Source of the DNA: Octopus sinensis
Taxonomy: Eukaryota
Direction of reading: 5' to 3'
Assembly (NCBI RefSeq): GCF_006345805.1
Contig: NC_042997.1
Span: 201,562,001 to 201,626,000, forward strand
Length of the DNA stretch: 64,000 nt
Each line of letters starts with the position of its first letter. Position 1 is the first letter of the stretch. The notes under the pieces were generated by a model that was not told the origin of the DNA, did no database searches, and saw nothing but the letters and a program-made list of their open reading frames with translations. Position numbers and translations under genes: made by a program. Positions 27,269 through 41,740 of the stretch are shown piece after piece.

Positions 27269-27455
27269 GGTGCAGGAGTGGCTGTGTGGTAAGAAGCTTG
27301 CTTCCCAACCACATGGTTCCGGGTTCAGTCCCACTGCGTGGCACATTGGACAAGTGTCTTCTACTATAGCCTCAGGCTGACCAAAGCCTTGTGAGTGGAT
27401 TTGGTAGATAGAAACTGAAAGAAGCCCATTGTGTATATATATGTATATATATATG

Positions 27456-27513
<58 letters not shown>

Positions 27514-27778
27514 CGTGTGTGTTTGTGGGTATATGTGGTCTGTATGTGTGTTTGCGTGTGTGTATGTGTTTGTCCCCCCACCCCCACCATCACTGACAAT
27601 TGATGCTGGTATGTTTATGTCCCCGTAATTTAGCGGTTCAGCAAAAGAGACTGATAGAATAAGTACTAGGCTTACAAAGAATAAGTCCTGGAGTCGATTT
27701 GCTCGACTAAAGGCAGTGCTCCAGCATGGCCACAGTCAAATGACTGAAACAAGAAAAAGAGTAAAAGAGTAAAGAGTA
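27269..27778 (+). mobile_element. SINE family A, full length
   Basis: Matches the family consensus. Confidence 0.85.
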
Positions 27779-27810
27779 TATATTTATATATATGTGTGTG
27801 TGAGTATGCT

Positions 27811-27843
<33 letters not shown>

Positions 27844-29420
27844 GTGTATAAGTATTTTCGTATATAAATGTATATATGTATATACATCTATAAGTATATA
27901 AACATATGCATACACGCATATACACAGATGCTTATGCACATAGCACTTGAGAAAGTATGAGTTCCATTAACCTCATACTTAGTTTTTGATTGATTTTATT
28001 CAGTTTAACAATGTCTAAACATTCTATGCTGCATCAGAATTTTGTCAGTGAACAGGTCGCAGTCTCAAAGCGACAAAAATATTTTGGTAAATTAAATTTA
28101 AATGTTGAAGTGAATCTAACGGTTTTTGCATGTTTCTTAAATGGCTTATAAGCACCTTCCATGCTGCAATTGTTTTCGTTCCTGCACACGATCTCAGATT
28201 AGGTCACTTGCTATGCAAGTACATCTCTGTTATTCCGAAAGCTTGAACCAGGCTACCAAAACTCTGAGGAAAGCCGTTATTTGTTGCTTGAGAAAAATAA
28301 CAGCTAAGCAACAGCTTTGTTTCATTAGACACTGCATCTCACGGAAGGTTTACCCAAAAAGGACTTACAAAACGGTCAAAGCACTAAACCTAAAGAAAGG
28401 ACAAGCGTTGAGACTAATGTCTAAACATTATTTGATATAATAATGTCTAGACATTAATTAGCTGCCACATAAATGACTGCTTAATTATACCCACTTAATT
28501 ACATGTATGGATGAATACAATTTACTCATTTATTACTCTTTACTCTTTTACTTGTTTCAGTCATTTGACTGCGGCCATGCTGGAGCACCGCCTTTAGTCG
28601 AGCAAATCAACCCGGGACTTATTCTTTGTAAGCCCAGTACTTATTCTATCGTCTCTTTTTGCCGAACCGCTAAGTGATGGGGACGTAAACACACCAGCAT
28701 CGGCTATAGTAGAAGACACTTGCCCAAGGTGCCACCAGTGGAACTGAACCCGGAACCTTGTGGTTGGTTGGTTAGCAAGCTACTTACCACACAGCCACTC
28801 CACGCCTCATTTATTTATTATTATTTATTATTTTTTTTATCAGTTAGCAAACAAAGGACAATAACCATGAAACTTTTTAGCTCAGGTTCTCCAAGACAGG
28901 TGGGTGCAATGGAAGAAATCTACTGTTCTCCTGAACATGATCCAAATTCTTGCAGTGATGTCAACCCAATGAAGACAACAGCCTAAGAATTCTCTGCTCT
29001 AAGATCAAACTCAAAACACACTTAAAAACTCCCATGATGCATTAGTGACTTAACCACCTTGCTACTACTACTGGAACCATTTCAATAAGTCACCTGGTTC
29101 TTGTTTTCTCAAAGAGTTTATCTGCATTCACTTCCATTATCTTTTACTGGGTTTTGATGCTCAAGTGAGGGCCATGCACAGCCTCTTTCTCTGGAGTTCG
29201 TTTTATCAATCTCCTAAGGACTGAAAGACTCCATCACTTTGTCACAAAGGGAGATAACTGGTTTGTGGTTCAGTTACTCCTTACTAGTGTACTTTTTGTT
29301 TGACATTATTTCATTCAACTCACATTGATGTATGCACACACAATAAACCCATACACACACACATATATATACATACATATATATATATACATTATATACA
29401 TATATATACATATATATACA

Positions 29421-29502
<82 letters not shown>

Positions 29503-29802
29503 CGTGTGTGTTTGTGTGTGTATATGTGTGTCTGTATGTGTGTTTGCGTGTGTGTATGTGTTTGTCCCCCCACCCCCACCATCACTTGACAATGATGCTG
29601 GTATGTTTATGTCCCCGTAATTTAGCGGTTCAGCAAAAGAGACTGATAGAATAAGTACTAGGCTACAAAGAATAAGTCCTGGAGTCGATTTGCTCGACTA
29701 AAGGCAGTGCTCCAGCATGGCCACAGTCAAATGACTGAAACAAGAAAAAGAGTAAAAAGAGTAAAGAGTATATATTTATATATATGTGTGTGTGAGTATG
29801 CT

Positions 29803-29835
<33 letters not shown>

Positions 29836-31400
29836 GTGTATAAGTATTTTCGTATATAAATGTATATATGTATATACATCTATAAGTATATAAACATATG
29901 CATACACGCATATACACAGATGCTTATGCACATAGCACTTGAGAAAGTATGAGTTCCATTAACCTCATACTTAGTTTTTGATTGATTTTATTCAGTTTAA
30001 CAATGTCTAAACATTCTATGCTGCATCAGAATTTTGTCAGTGAACAGGTCGCAGTCTCAAAGCGACAAAAATATTTTGGTAAATTAAATTTAAATGTTGA
30101 AGTGAATCTAACGGTTTTTGCATGTTTCTTAAATGGCTTATAAGCACCTTCCATGCTGCAATTGTTTTCGTTCCTGCACACGATCTCAGATTAGGTCACT
30201 TGCTATGCAAGTACATCTCTGTTATTCCGAAAGCTTGAACCAGGCTACCAAAACTCTGAGGAAAGCCGTTATTTGTTGCTTGAGAAAAATAACAGCTAAG
30301 CAAACTTTGTTTCATTAGACACTGCATCTCACGGAAGGTTTACCCAAAAAGGACTTACAAAACGGTCAAAGCACTAAACCTAAAGAAAGGACAAGCGTTG
30401 AGACTAATGTCTAAACATTATTTGATATAATTAATGTCTAGACATTAATTAGCTGCCACATAAATGACTGCTTAAATTATACCCACTTAATTACATGTAT
30501 GGATGAATACAATTTACTCATTTATTTACTCTTTACTCTTTTACTTGTTTCAGTCATTTGACTGCGGCCATGCTGGAGCACCGCCTTTAGTCGAGCAAAT
30601 CAACCCCGGGACTTATTCTTTGTAAGCCCAGTACTTATTCTATCGGTCTCTTTTTGCCGAACCGCTAAGTGATGGGGACGTAAACACACCAGCATCGGCT
30701 ATAGTAGAAGACACTTGCCCAAGGTGCCACGCAGTGGAACTGAACCCGGAACCTTGTGGTTGGTTAGCAAGCTACTTACCACACAGCCACTCCACGCCTC
30801 ATTTATTTATTATTATTTATTATTTTTTTTATCAGTTAGCAAACAAAGGACAATAACCATGAAACTTTTTAGCTCAGGTTCTCCAAGACAGGTGGGTGCA
30901 ATGGAAGAAATCTACTGTTCTCCTGAACATGATCCAAATTCTTGCAGTGATGTCAACCCAATGAAGACAACAGCCTAAGAAGTTCTCTGCTCTAAGATCA
31001 AACTCAAAACACACTTAAAAACTCCCATGATGCATTAGTGACTTAACCACCTTGCTACTACTACTGGAACCATTTCAATAAGTCACCTGGTTCTTGTTTT
31101 CTCAAAGAGTTTATCTGCATTCACTTCCATTATCTTTTACTGGGTTTTGATGCTCAAGTGAGGGCCATGCACAGCCTCTTTCTCTGGAGTTCGTTTTATC
31201 AATCTCCTATGGGCTGAAAGACTCCATCACTTTGTCACAAAGGGAGATAACTGGTTTGTGGTTCAGTTACTCCTTACTTGTGTACTTTTTGTTTGACATT
31301 ATTTCATTCAACTCACATTGATGTATGCACACACATAAACCCATACACACACACATATATATACAACATATATATATATACATATATACATATATATACA
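27491..31400. repeat. Tandem duplication, period ~1,992 bp
   Basis: 27574 aligns with 29566 and 29331 with 31324. The copies differ mostly by 1-bp indels and are bounded by (TA)n. Confidence 0.95.
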
Positions 31401-31411
31401 TATATATACAC

Positions 31412-31453
<42 letters not shown>

Positions 31454-31529
31454 TATATACATATACATATGTATATATATACATACATATATGGATATAT
31501 ATATATACATATATAATACATACATATAA

Positions 31530-32080
31530 TGACCAGCGACCAAGACCTTTGGAAATATGCTGTACGTGAGAAGACCAGGCAGGACAAGTGAGCCCAGCCC
31601 ACTTATGCATGCCTTTCCTCCCTTGGACACAAAGACCTGTTGAGGCAAGCGAAGTCGATATAGAACCTCATCCGACAACAGGCACCCATGCCAACCCCCT
31701 TTGCTTGCGAAGACATGTTGGGGCAAGCGAAATCAAAATCGAATTGAACCAGCCAGGACCCCTGGACTGGTGGTACGTAAAAAGCACTATCCGACTTGTG
31801 GCCGATGCCAGCGCCGCCTCAACTGGCTTCCATGCCGGTGGCACGTAAAATGCACCAATCTGACCGTGGCCGTTGCCAGCCTCGCCTGGCACCGGTGCAG
31901 GTGGCACGTAAAAAGCACCCACTACACTCACGGAGTGGTTGGCGTTAGGAAGGGCATCCAGCTGTAGAAACACTGCCAGATAAGACTGGAGCCTGGTGCA
32001 GCCTTCTGGCTTCCCAGATCCCCGGTTGAACCGTCCAACCCATGCTAGCATGGAGAACGGACGTTAAACGATGATGATGA
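31530..32080 (+). mobile_element. RTE-clade LINE 3' end
   Basis: [16 protein letters not shown] remnant, shared 3' UTR and (GAT)n tail. Confidence 0.7.
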
Positions 32081-32272
32081 TGATGAATTTATATATATAC
32101 ATATGCATACATATATATATACATATATATAAACATATACATATATATATATACATACATACATATACATGTACATACATATATCTATATATCTATATAT
32201 ACATGCATATATACATATATCTATATATGCATGCATATATATATATATATACAAAGCAAAGAAGTAACTAGG

Positions 32273-32819
32273 ATGTCCAGGTATCGGTGCATTAGAGCCA
32301 TTTCAACTGGTTCCATTTAATCAATCAATCAATGAAAACATTGCATCAGTTTGAAATAAGCCCCTCTCCTCCGACGCATAGGATCTTATAGATTTTCAAC
32401 ATTACAGGATGCACCTTTGAAATTTTTCTAGCAAATTTTTCATCAGTTCTAGAGACCAACATAGTTACAATGTTTCTCTTTGCCATTTCTGTGGCAGAAG
32501 GAATTTAGGGAAAAAATACTTAAAGCCTTAATTTATAATTTAGAGTGAGAGAAGAAGAGAAGATAATGGGGGTCAAGAAAGAGGAATGGTGATATAGCTA
32601 CGTTCGTCTTTATATTTCTCACATTCAAAAGACTCAGTGCAGCATGTTGTCTACAAGTCTTTAGAATTAAATCCTTTGGGAATTGACAGTTAAGTTCTTG
32701 TTGGTGGTGATAAATTAATTAATGTCAGAGTCTCCCCTGCCTCGGAGTTTTACTGGAACCATAAAACTAACCACATCTGCATAAAAGAATATGTCTCCGA
32801 AGTTGCCAGTAAGATAATG

Positions 32820-32883
<64 letters not shown>

Positions 32884-32956
32884 AGAAAAGAAGAAGGAGG
32901 AGGAGAAGAAGAAGGAGAAGGAGAAGAAGAAGAAGAAGAAGAAGAAGAAGAAGAAG

Positions 32957-32987
<31 letters not shown>

Positions 32988-33298
32988 GATAACCATAAAG
33001 AGGAAGGACATGGGTGATTTAACATATTACGATTTTCAAATAAAAGGGGCCTAAAATGGAAAAAATTCATTCCGCCACAAAAATCGCAAAGATAAGCAAT
33101 GTAATTGCTGTATTGAGGAAGAATATGCTGTAAAAAAAACCAAAATGGTGTATCCTTTATATTGGAAATCTTTATGGTCGTCTGGACCTGAGGAGCCTGG
33201 TTTATTTCAAATTGATGTAATGTCTTCATTGATTGATTAAATGGAGCTGCTTGAAACGGTCATAATGCACTGGACATCCTTGTTATTTATTTGCTTTT
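32273..33298. repeat. Diverged inverted repeat pair, ~150-bp arms (32273-32425 and 33145-33298)
   Basis: Shared ggatgtccag...gtgcatta...ccatttaatcaatcaatgaa.acatt.catca.tttgaaataa in opposite orientations. Confidence 0.6.
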
Positions 33299-34677
33299 AA
33301 TTCACCTAACTTCGAGCAGTGTGGACAATTCCGGACTAATTTGGCGCCTCAACTTAAGTACCTAATTTAACTGAATCTTAATTAAGGCTCCAATCTGATC
33401 TGGCAGAGTTTCTACAGCTGGATGCCCTTCCTAACACCAACCACTCCAAGAGTGTAGTGGGTGCTTTTTACATGCCACCAGTATGAGGGCCTGTCAGGTG
33501 GTACTAGCAATAGCCACACACGAAATGGAGTTTTTTTACGTGCCACCTGCACAGGAGCCAGTCCAGCAGCACTGGCAACGACCTTGTTCGAATGTTTTTC
33601 CCATGCCACCGCCACAAGTGCCAGTAAGGCAATGCTGGTAATGATCACATTTGAACGGTGCTTTTTACGTGCCACCGGAACGTTTGTCCCCACCACCATC
33701 ACATGACAACCGGTGTTGGTGTGTTTACATCCCTATAACTTAGCAGTTCGGCAAAAGAGATTGGCAGAATAAGTACCTGGCTTACGAAGAATAAGTCTTG
33801 GAGTCGATTCCTCCAACTAAAGGCGGTGCTCCAGCATGGCCACAGCCAAATGCCCGAAACAAGCAAAAGAATAGAAGAATAAAAGAATATACGGTGATTG
33901 ATTCAGTTTATTGAACTGAATGATATTTCAACAGATTGTCTTTCTTCCTTGGGATCAAACTAAAGAATAAAAAAAAAAGGAAAACCCCACAGAAATACAG
34001 AAATCCCAAATATGCAAATCATTTGTGTTTCTTTTTAGACAAAATGATGTCATCAGTGTTTGATTTTTTTTTTATAACTGGTAACAAGAAAAAAGAGACA
34101 CGGAAAGAGAAGACTCAGTCAAAAAAGTTTTGTGTAAATATGATGGAATTTGAATGTCATTTTGTTCATTCCTCCAGGGCATGATGCTATTGACTCACAA
34201 ATATGTTTATCCTTGTTTTGAGGACTTCAAGTGCTGCAGAGTCGGAGATTGTGTACTTTCGGGCGTTCCTGAAAATTACAGCCATTTCATGTAGAACGGT
34301 CAGCAAGTTCTGTTGAATCATTGTTATAGTAAATGATTTACATTCATCATCATCATCATCATCATCGTTTAACGTCCGCTTTCCATGCTAGCATGGGTTG
34401 GACGGTTCAACTGGGGTCTGGAAAGCCCGAAGGCTACACCAGGCCAGTCAGATCTGGCAGTGTTTCTACAGCTGGATGCCCTTCCTAACGCCAACCACTC
34501 CGAGAGTGTAGTGGGTGATTTTATGTGCCACCGACACAGGTGCCAGACGGGCTGGCAGACGGCCAACGCTCGGTCGGATGGTGTTTTTTATGTGCCACCG
34601 ACACAGGTGCCAGATGAGGCTGGCAGACGGCCACGCTCGGATGGTGTTTTTTAGGTGCCACCGACACAGGTGCCAGA

Positions 34678-34832
34678 CATTATTTATATTATTTACATTT
34701 GATGGATATTTGTCCTCATCTTGTTTGTTGTTAACACAATGTTTCAGCTGATATACCTTCCAGCCTTCGTCAGGTGTATTGGGGAAATTTCGAACCTGGG
34801 TTCTCATTCCTCATTTCTTAAATATAGAACTG
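34678..34832. mobile_element. Same HHR family: minus arm fused to the plus-strand tail
   Basis: Minus strand TACAC CTGACGA A GGCTG/CAGCT GAAA CATT GTGTT (34732-34778). Joined at the ATTCCTCA microhomology to the tail ...AAATATAGAACTG. Confidence 0.7.
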
Positions 34833-34874
34833 CATTGTTATTGTGCCTGATTTCATACCTATACCCATTGAATT

Positions 34875-34906
<32 letters not shown>

Positions 34907-35225
34907 TATCATTATTTTCTTTTATCATAGGGTTTGTTAGAGTTCCTGCAGTCTTGCTTGCATAGCGGCCTTATTACCTGCAGCCTACGGTATCATGCTA
35001 TCCATTCTTTTCAGCAATCAGGTTCTTTCCTGATTATTCTGGTTGTGCCAAGGAGACAAACCTTTTGTAACAGTTCTACTGGACACTCTATTCTGATTTC
35101 CTTTATATTCCTATTGATGCCTTCTGATACTGTTCCCAAGAACCCAACAATAATTGGCACTATCTTCACCTTCTTCATTTTCCATAGCTGGGCTATTTCG
35201 CACTTAAGAGGGTCGTCTCTATCAA

Positions 35226-35266
<41 letters not shown>

Positions 35267-35542
35267 CATCATTATTATAAAGGCAGCGAGCTGGTAGAAA
35301 CGTAAGCATGCTGGGCAAAATGCTTAGCAGTATTTCATCTGTCTTTGTGTTCTGAGTTCAAATTCTGCCGAGGTCCACTTTGCATTTCATCCTTTCAGGG
35401 TCAATAAATTAAGTACCAGTTGCATACTGGGGTTGATCCAATCGACTGAACCGCTCCCCAAATATTTCGGGCCCCTTGTACCTAGAGTAGAAAAGATTAT
35501 TATTATCACTATTATTATTTCATCATCATCATCAAACCCGTG

Positions 35543-36410
35543 GAAGAGGTAGACCAGGAAACCTGACGAGGTGGTGAAGCACGACCTTCGGACGTTAGGT
35601 CTCACCATGGAAATGACTAGAGACCGATACCTATGGAATATGCTGTGCGTGAGAAGACCCGGCAAGACTAGTGAAGCCATAATCCGTGGCCCTACCTGGG
35701 ACGTAGTCAGTCCACCTGTGCATACCTTCCTTCTTTGACACTTGTGAAGACCTGTTGAGGCAAGTGAGAATCGAATCGTATCAATCAAATCGAACCAAAT
35801 CAAATAGATGAACATCAATGGAATTTGTATCCTTGTGGTACCTTGCCGGTGGCACATAAGAAAACCATCCGAACGTGACCGTAGCCCGTACCAAACCGCA
35901 ATGACTGGCCTCCGTGCTGAGGGCACGTAACAAACACCATCCGAGCTTGGCCGTCCGCCAGCCTCGTCTAGCACCTGTGTCGGTGACACATAAGAAAACA
36001 CATCCGAGCGTGGCCGTCTGCCAGCCTCGTCTGGCACCTGTGTCGGTGGCACATAAAACACATCCGAGCGTGGCCGTCTGCCAGCCTCGTCTGGCACCTG
36101 TGTCGGTGGCACATAAAAAACACCATCCGAGCGTGGCCGTCTGCCAGCCTCGTCTGGCACCTGTGTCGGTGGCACATAAAAAACACCATCCGAGTGTGGC
36201 CGTCTGCCAGCCTCGTCTGGCACTGTGTCGGTGGCACATAAAATCACCCCTACACTCTCGGAGTGGTTGGCGTTAGGAAGGGCATCCAGCTTTATAAAAC
36301 ACTCCACATCTGACTGGCCTGGTGCAGCCTTCGGGCTTCCCAGACCCCAGTTTGAACCGTCCAACCCATGCTAGCATGGACAGCGGACGTTAAACGATGA
36401 TGATGATGAT
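35543..36410 (+). mobile_element. 5'-truncated RTE-clade LINE (ORF2 C-terminus, 3' UTR with ~60-64-bp internal tandem repeat, (GAT)n tail)
   Basis: Frameshifted GRGRPGNL/DEVVKHDLRTLGLT..MTRDR.LW remnant. About five copies of catccgagcgtggccgtctgccagcctcgtctggcacctgtgtcggtggcacata at ~35930-36240. (GAT)n end. Confidence 0.75.
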
Positions 36411-36646
36411 GAGATATGATATCATTTTCATCATCATTATTATAACAGCAGTGAGCTGGCAGAAACGTTAGCTCGCTGGGTCATTGGTAGGTGGTAAAGG
36501 CTTCTTAGCAGTATGTTCTGTCTTTATGTTCTGAGTTCAAATGCCGCCGAAGTCAACTTTGCCTTTCAGCCTTTCAGGGTCGATCTAATCGACTGACCAC
36601 GTCCCACAAAATTCCCGGTCTTGTACCAAGAGTAGAAAAGATTATT

Positions 36647-36683
<37 letters not shown>

Positions 36684-36764
36684 TTTCTTCCCAAAAAAGA
36701 GGAAAAGTGTTTTAAAAGACACTTCCTCTAAAAACATCATTTTCTAAATGTTATTGTCTAACTT

Positions 36765-36802
<38 letters not shown>

Positions 36803-37231
36803 TCTCTCTCAGCTACTGTGTACTGCTTTCATATCTCAATCTTGTTTACAACAAAAATAAAACATCTGTGTCTATAAAGTTTCCATATATATTGCAAATT
36901 GTAACTATTACAATTAAAATTAAAACATTCCATGCAACCAATTGAGAAGAATGGTAGACTATTACTGCTATTATTTAATTAATCGCTTCCAAATGCCATT
37001 AATGCTCTAAATGTCTGTAAACTCATTTATGTATCACAATTAAAGAAATAAATATGTGTCTGCTCAGTAGAGTCTTCATCTCCATAGGAAGAAAAATTTA
37101 ATTATCTTCTCATTCGTCTTTCGTATTATTTTGTTTGTTTGCTTGTTGACTTTTTGGTTAAAAGACACTAATTCTTGACATTTAACATTGTTTTATATAT
37201 TTAATTTAATTAACTTTTAAAAGTATTTTTG

Positions 37232-37268
<37 letters not shown>

Positions 37269-37505
37269 TATATACAAATACATTACATATATACATATAC
37301 ATATACATATATACATATACATATATACATATACATATACATATATACATATACATATACATACGTATATACATATACATATATATATATACATATACAT
37401 ATATATATACATATACATATATATAATACATATACATATATATATATACATATACATATACATATATACATATACATATATATATATACATATACATATA
37501 TACAT

Positions 37506-37560
<55 letters not shown>

Positions 37561-37597
37561 CATATACATTATATATATACATATACATTATATATAC

Positions 37598-37643
<46 letters not shown>

Positions 37644-37658
37644 TATACATATATATAT

Positions 37659-38263
37659 ATTACAGGATAAATGTTTTTTATTTTCTCCTGGTTTACGGAA
37701 TTGATGTTATTTTGCGGTTGAAGCTTTTGGCTGTTATTTCTAGTGGGTGAATGGCCTATATGGCCGTTCCTTGATTGTGATGTTGAACTTAAAAATGGTC
37801 TATGACTATATTTAATTTTTCCACTAGGCCGCTGTGGGCAAAAAAATTCTACAAAATTTTTGCCACCCTATATTGATTAATTATGATTTTCGTAATGGAA
37901 TCGGCGGCTTATATTTATTTGCTGCCGATAAATTTGGCGCGAGTGCGATGATTTGAAAAATTTAGGTCAGATATTGCCGAGGCAGGGTCGGAAATGCCTC
38001 GTGAAAATATCTGTTCCGACTTGGCTATTTCTTACTGATGATTCTAAGGGCCTATGGAAGATTGGCTTGATTTAATTTAATCAGGTTAGTTTACCATTAA
38101 ACAGTAGATGAAACGGTGCATCGTATAAGAAATTACAGGGTAAATGTTTTTTAATTTTCTCCTGGTTTACGGAATTGATGTTATTTTGCGGTTGAAGCTT
38201 TTGGCTGTTATTTCTAGTGGGTGAATGGCCTATTATGGCCGTTCCTTGATTGTGATGTTGAAC
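37659..38263 (+). mobile_element. Non-autonomous HHR element (retrozyme/Penelope pLTR-like): ~473-bp unit plus ~130-bp direct terminal repeat, inserted in (TA)n
   Basis: 37659-37788 is repeated nearly exactly at 38132-38263. (TA)n lies on both sides. It contains the HHR at 38027-38133 and has no ORF. Confidence 0.7.
38027..38133 (+). ncRNA. Type I hammerhead ribozyme motif with long stem II and near-palindromic stem III
   Basis: Stem I ATTTCTTA (38027-34) / TAAGAAAT (38126-33). Core CTGATGA at 38035-41. Stem II TCTA/TAGA with a T.T base mismatch. GAAA at 38110-13. Stem III ACGGTGCATCGT is one base from the palindrome ACGATGCATCGT. GUA cleavage is predicted after 38125. Confidence 0.8.
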
Positions 38264-38296
<33 letters not shown>

Positions 38297-38299
38297 ATA

Positions 38300-38965
38300 T
38301 ATTATCATCATCATCATCGTTTAACGTCCGCTTTCCATGCTAGCATGGGTTGGATGATTTGACTGAAGACTGGAGAACCAGATGGCTGCACCAGGCTCCG
38401 ATCTGATCTGGCAGAGTTTCTACAGCTGGATGCCCTTCCTAATGCCAACCACTCTGAGAGTGTAGTGGGTGCTTTTACATGCCACCGGCATGAGGGCCAG
38501 GCAGGCGGTACTGGCAACAGCCACACTGAAATGGTGTTTTTACATGCCACCTGCACAGGAGCCAGTCCAGCAGCACTGGCAACGACCTCACTTGAATGTT
38601 TTTTCATGTGCCACTGGCAAAAATGCCAGTAAGGTGACGCTGGTAACAATCACGGTCGAATGCTGCTTTTTACATGCCACCAGCATGGAAGCCAGTTAGC
38701 TGCTCTGGCAACAATCATGCTCGGATGGTGTTGTTAGCACTCCACTAGCACAGATGCCAGTCATTGAATTTGATTTCGATTTCACTTGCCACAACAGGTC
38801 TTTGCAAGCAGAGTTTAGTGTCCAATGAAGGAAAGGTATGCATAAGTGGGCTGGTCACACCCCTGGCTAGGCTACAAGGTAGGTCTCACTTTGCTTGCAG
38901 GGTCTTCACAAGCATAGTATATTTCCAAAGGTCTCGGTCACTAGTCATTGCCTCGGTGAGTCCTA
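38300..38965 (-). mobile_element. RTE-clade LINE 3' end
   Basis: Minus strand [14 protein letters not shown], shared 3' UTR and (CAT)n on the plus strand. Confidence 0.7.
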
Positions 38966-38966
38966 T

Positions 38967-39013
<47 letters not shown>

Positions 39014-40873
39014 GATATAAATAATATATAAACATATGCATATATACATATGTATATGTATATGGTATATATATATATATATATATATATACATACACAT
39101 ATACATATACATATATATAGGTATCAACATAATCATCTAAACAATGATGATGATGATAATGATGATGTAAGTACGTGTGTGTTTGTGTGTTTGTGTTTTT
39201 CCCCCATCATCACTTGCCAACCAATATTGGTGTGTTTATGTCCTCGTAACTTTGCTATTCCACAAAAGAGACCGATAGAATAAGTACTAGGCTTACAAAG
39301 AATAAGTCCTGGGGTCAATTTGCTCGACTAAAGGCAGTGCTCCAGCATGGCTGCAGTCAAATGGCTGTAACCAATAAAAGAATAAAAGGAATATATGCAT
39401 GAATGAATGAATGAATGAATGTATGTATGTATGTATGGGTGTATGTGTGTATGTATGTATGTATGTATGTATGTATGCATACGTCTGTGCATGTGTGTGT
39501 TTGTCTCCTTTCTTTACATTTTGCTCTAATTGTAAACTGACGTGAGTTTCATACAAATGATGTCATTTGTTTGCAATCTTTTGTGGAATATATTTGGGTT
39601 TGAGGAATATAATATCTTGCTTAGAAACAGGAGAGGGCTGGCTAAAAGGAAGATCTTCCAGCCATAAACAAATTCGCTTCAAAGACTTTACTATGATGAA
39701 AGGATAGAAGAGAGGGAGAGAGAGAGAGAGAAGTAAGGAAGAATGACAAAGAAGGAGAGAAGAGAGAGAGAAAGAGATGTACAAGAATGGTAATGACAAA
39801 ATTGATGACCAAAATGATTGCGAGATATAGTAATTAGGTAATGAGGATTGATAATTGTCAGCCTTTTCCTCCTCCACCACGTGTCTTTCCTCCCTCTTTA
39901 CATAATTAGCCTGATCACTACCACTACCACTACCACCACCACTAACACCACCACCACCACCACCACCACCAACAGCAGCAGCAGCCAAGCATCCTTTATT
40001 TGAAGCATGATGTAGCTTTCTGAATGGAAAAACAAAAAAAAGACAAAAACTCTCCAAACCATGTTTAGAATTCCTAATGCAAAACGGCACAAATTTGTAA
40101 CCAAAATGAATTTATTAGTTTTATTTATTTCTAATTATTCAATGATTTATTGATTATTTCCTGGAAATATTTGGCTTTATTGATTTTCTTCATTTTTTTT
40201 TCTATATATTTTGTTCCTTTCTTTTTGTTTCAACTATTACTGTCAGTAACTTCTGTTAATATTATCAGTCATTTCGGTTAATATTATAGCTCATTTCCAC
40301 AAGCCATAGTCTACAAATTTAAAATAGACCCTATTTTAGCTTTTGTGCCAGTCAGTGATTTTACATTCTGAGTTCAAATTCCGCAAAGGTCGACTTTGCC
40401 TTTCATCCTTTTGGGGTTGACAAATTAAATACCAGCTGCATACTAGGGTTGATCTAATCGATGGCCCACTCCCCCAAAATTTCAGGCCTTGTGCCTAGAG
40501 TAGAAAACATTATTATTATTATTATTATTATTAGCAGCAGCAGCAGCAGCAGTAGCAGTAGTAGTAGTAGTAGTAGCAGCAGCAGAAATAGTACTGCCTG
40601 ACTGGCACCCGTGCACCTAAAAAGCATAACGGTGGCACGTAAAATGCATAATTCAAGTATGGCTGTTGCCTGTGCCACCTGACTGGTTCCCGTGTGAGTG
40701 GCATGTAAAAAGCATCCACCACACTCTCAGAGTGGTTGGCATTAGGAAGGGCATCCAGTTGTAGAAACCCTGCCAGATTCAGATTGGAGCCTGGTACGGC
40801 CTTCTGGCTTGCCAGTCCTCACTCAAACCGTCCAACCCATGCTAGCATGGAAAGCGGACGTTGAACGACAACA

Positions 40874-40906
<33 letters not shown>

Positions 40907-41527
40907 AAGGTGACTATCTGGCAGAACCGTTAGCAAGCAGGACAAAATGCTTAGTGGTATTTCTTCCAGCTTTATGTTCTGTGTTCAAATTCCACTGAGG
41001 TCAACTGTTCTTTTCATGCCATCAAGGGTTGATAAAATATATACTAGCCAAGTATAGGGGTTAATGAAATTGACTAGTCCCCTCCAGTCAAATTTCAGGC
41101 CTTGTGCCTATAGTCATCATCATCATCATCATCGTTTAAAGTCTGTTTTCCATGTTGACAGGGGTTGAATGGTTTGACTGGGGTCTGGGAAGCTATGAGG
41201 CTGCACCACGCCCCAATCTGATCTGGCAGTTTTTCTACAGCTGGATGCCCTTCCTAATGCCAACCACTCCGAGAGTGTAGTGGGTGCTTTTTACGTGCCA
41301 CCGTGCAGGGGCCAGAGAAGCTGGCATCGGCCACGATTGGATGGAGCTTTTTACGTGCCACCGGCACGGAAGCCAGTCAAAGCAGCACCGGTATCAGCCA
41401 CGTTTGGATGGTGCTTTTTAAGTGCTACCAGCATGGGGGTCACAACTACAATTTCCATATTGCTGTTGATGTTGATGTACTTGACTCAATAGGTCTCCTC
41501 ATTCCCTACGATCCAAGGTACAAAAAA

Positions 41528-41565
<38 letters not shown>

Positions 41566-41740
41566 CATTGAGATTTTCTTCTTTCAGTTTCATTTACATT
41601 TCTTGCCTGGTGTCTCCCTGACACCTAGGACAAAGAAACTGTATACATTGCTGGGCCATTAAAATAAATATGCAAGATTATTCATTTACAAAGTCAAATA
41701 TAGTTATGTAGAAAAAGAGAAATTATTTTCATAAAAAGTA

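Noticed and set aside
35930-36240. ~60-64-bp tandem repeat as CRISPR or a repeat protein
   Set aside because: It is an expansion of the internal repeat of the RTE 3' UTR seen in many copies.
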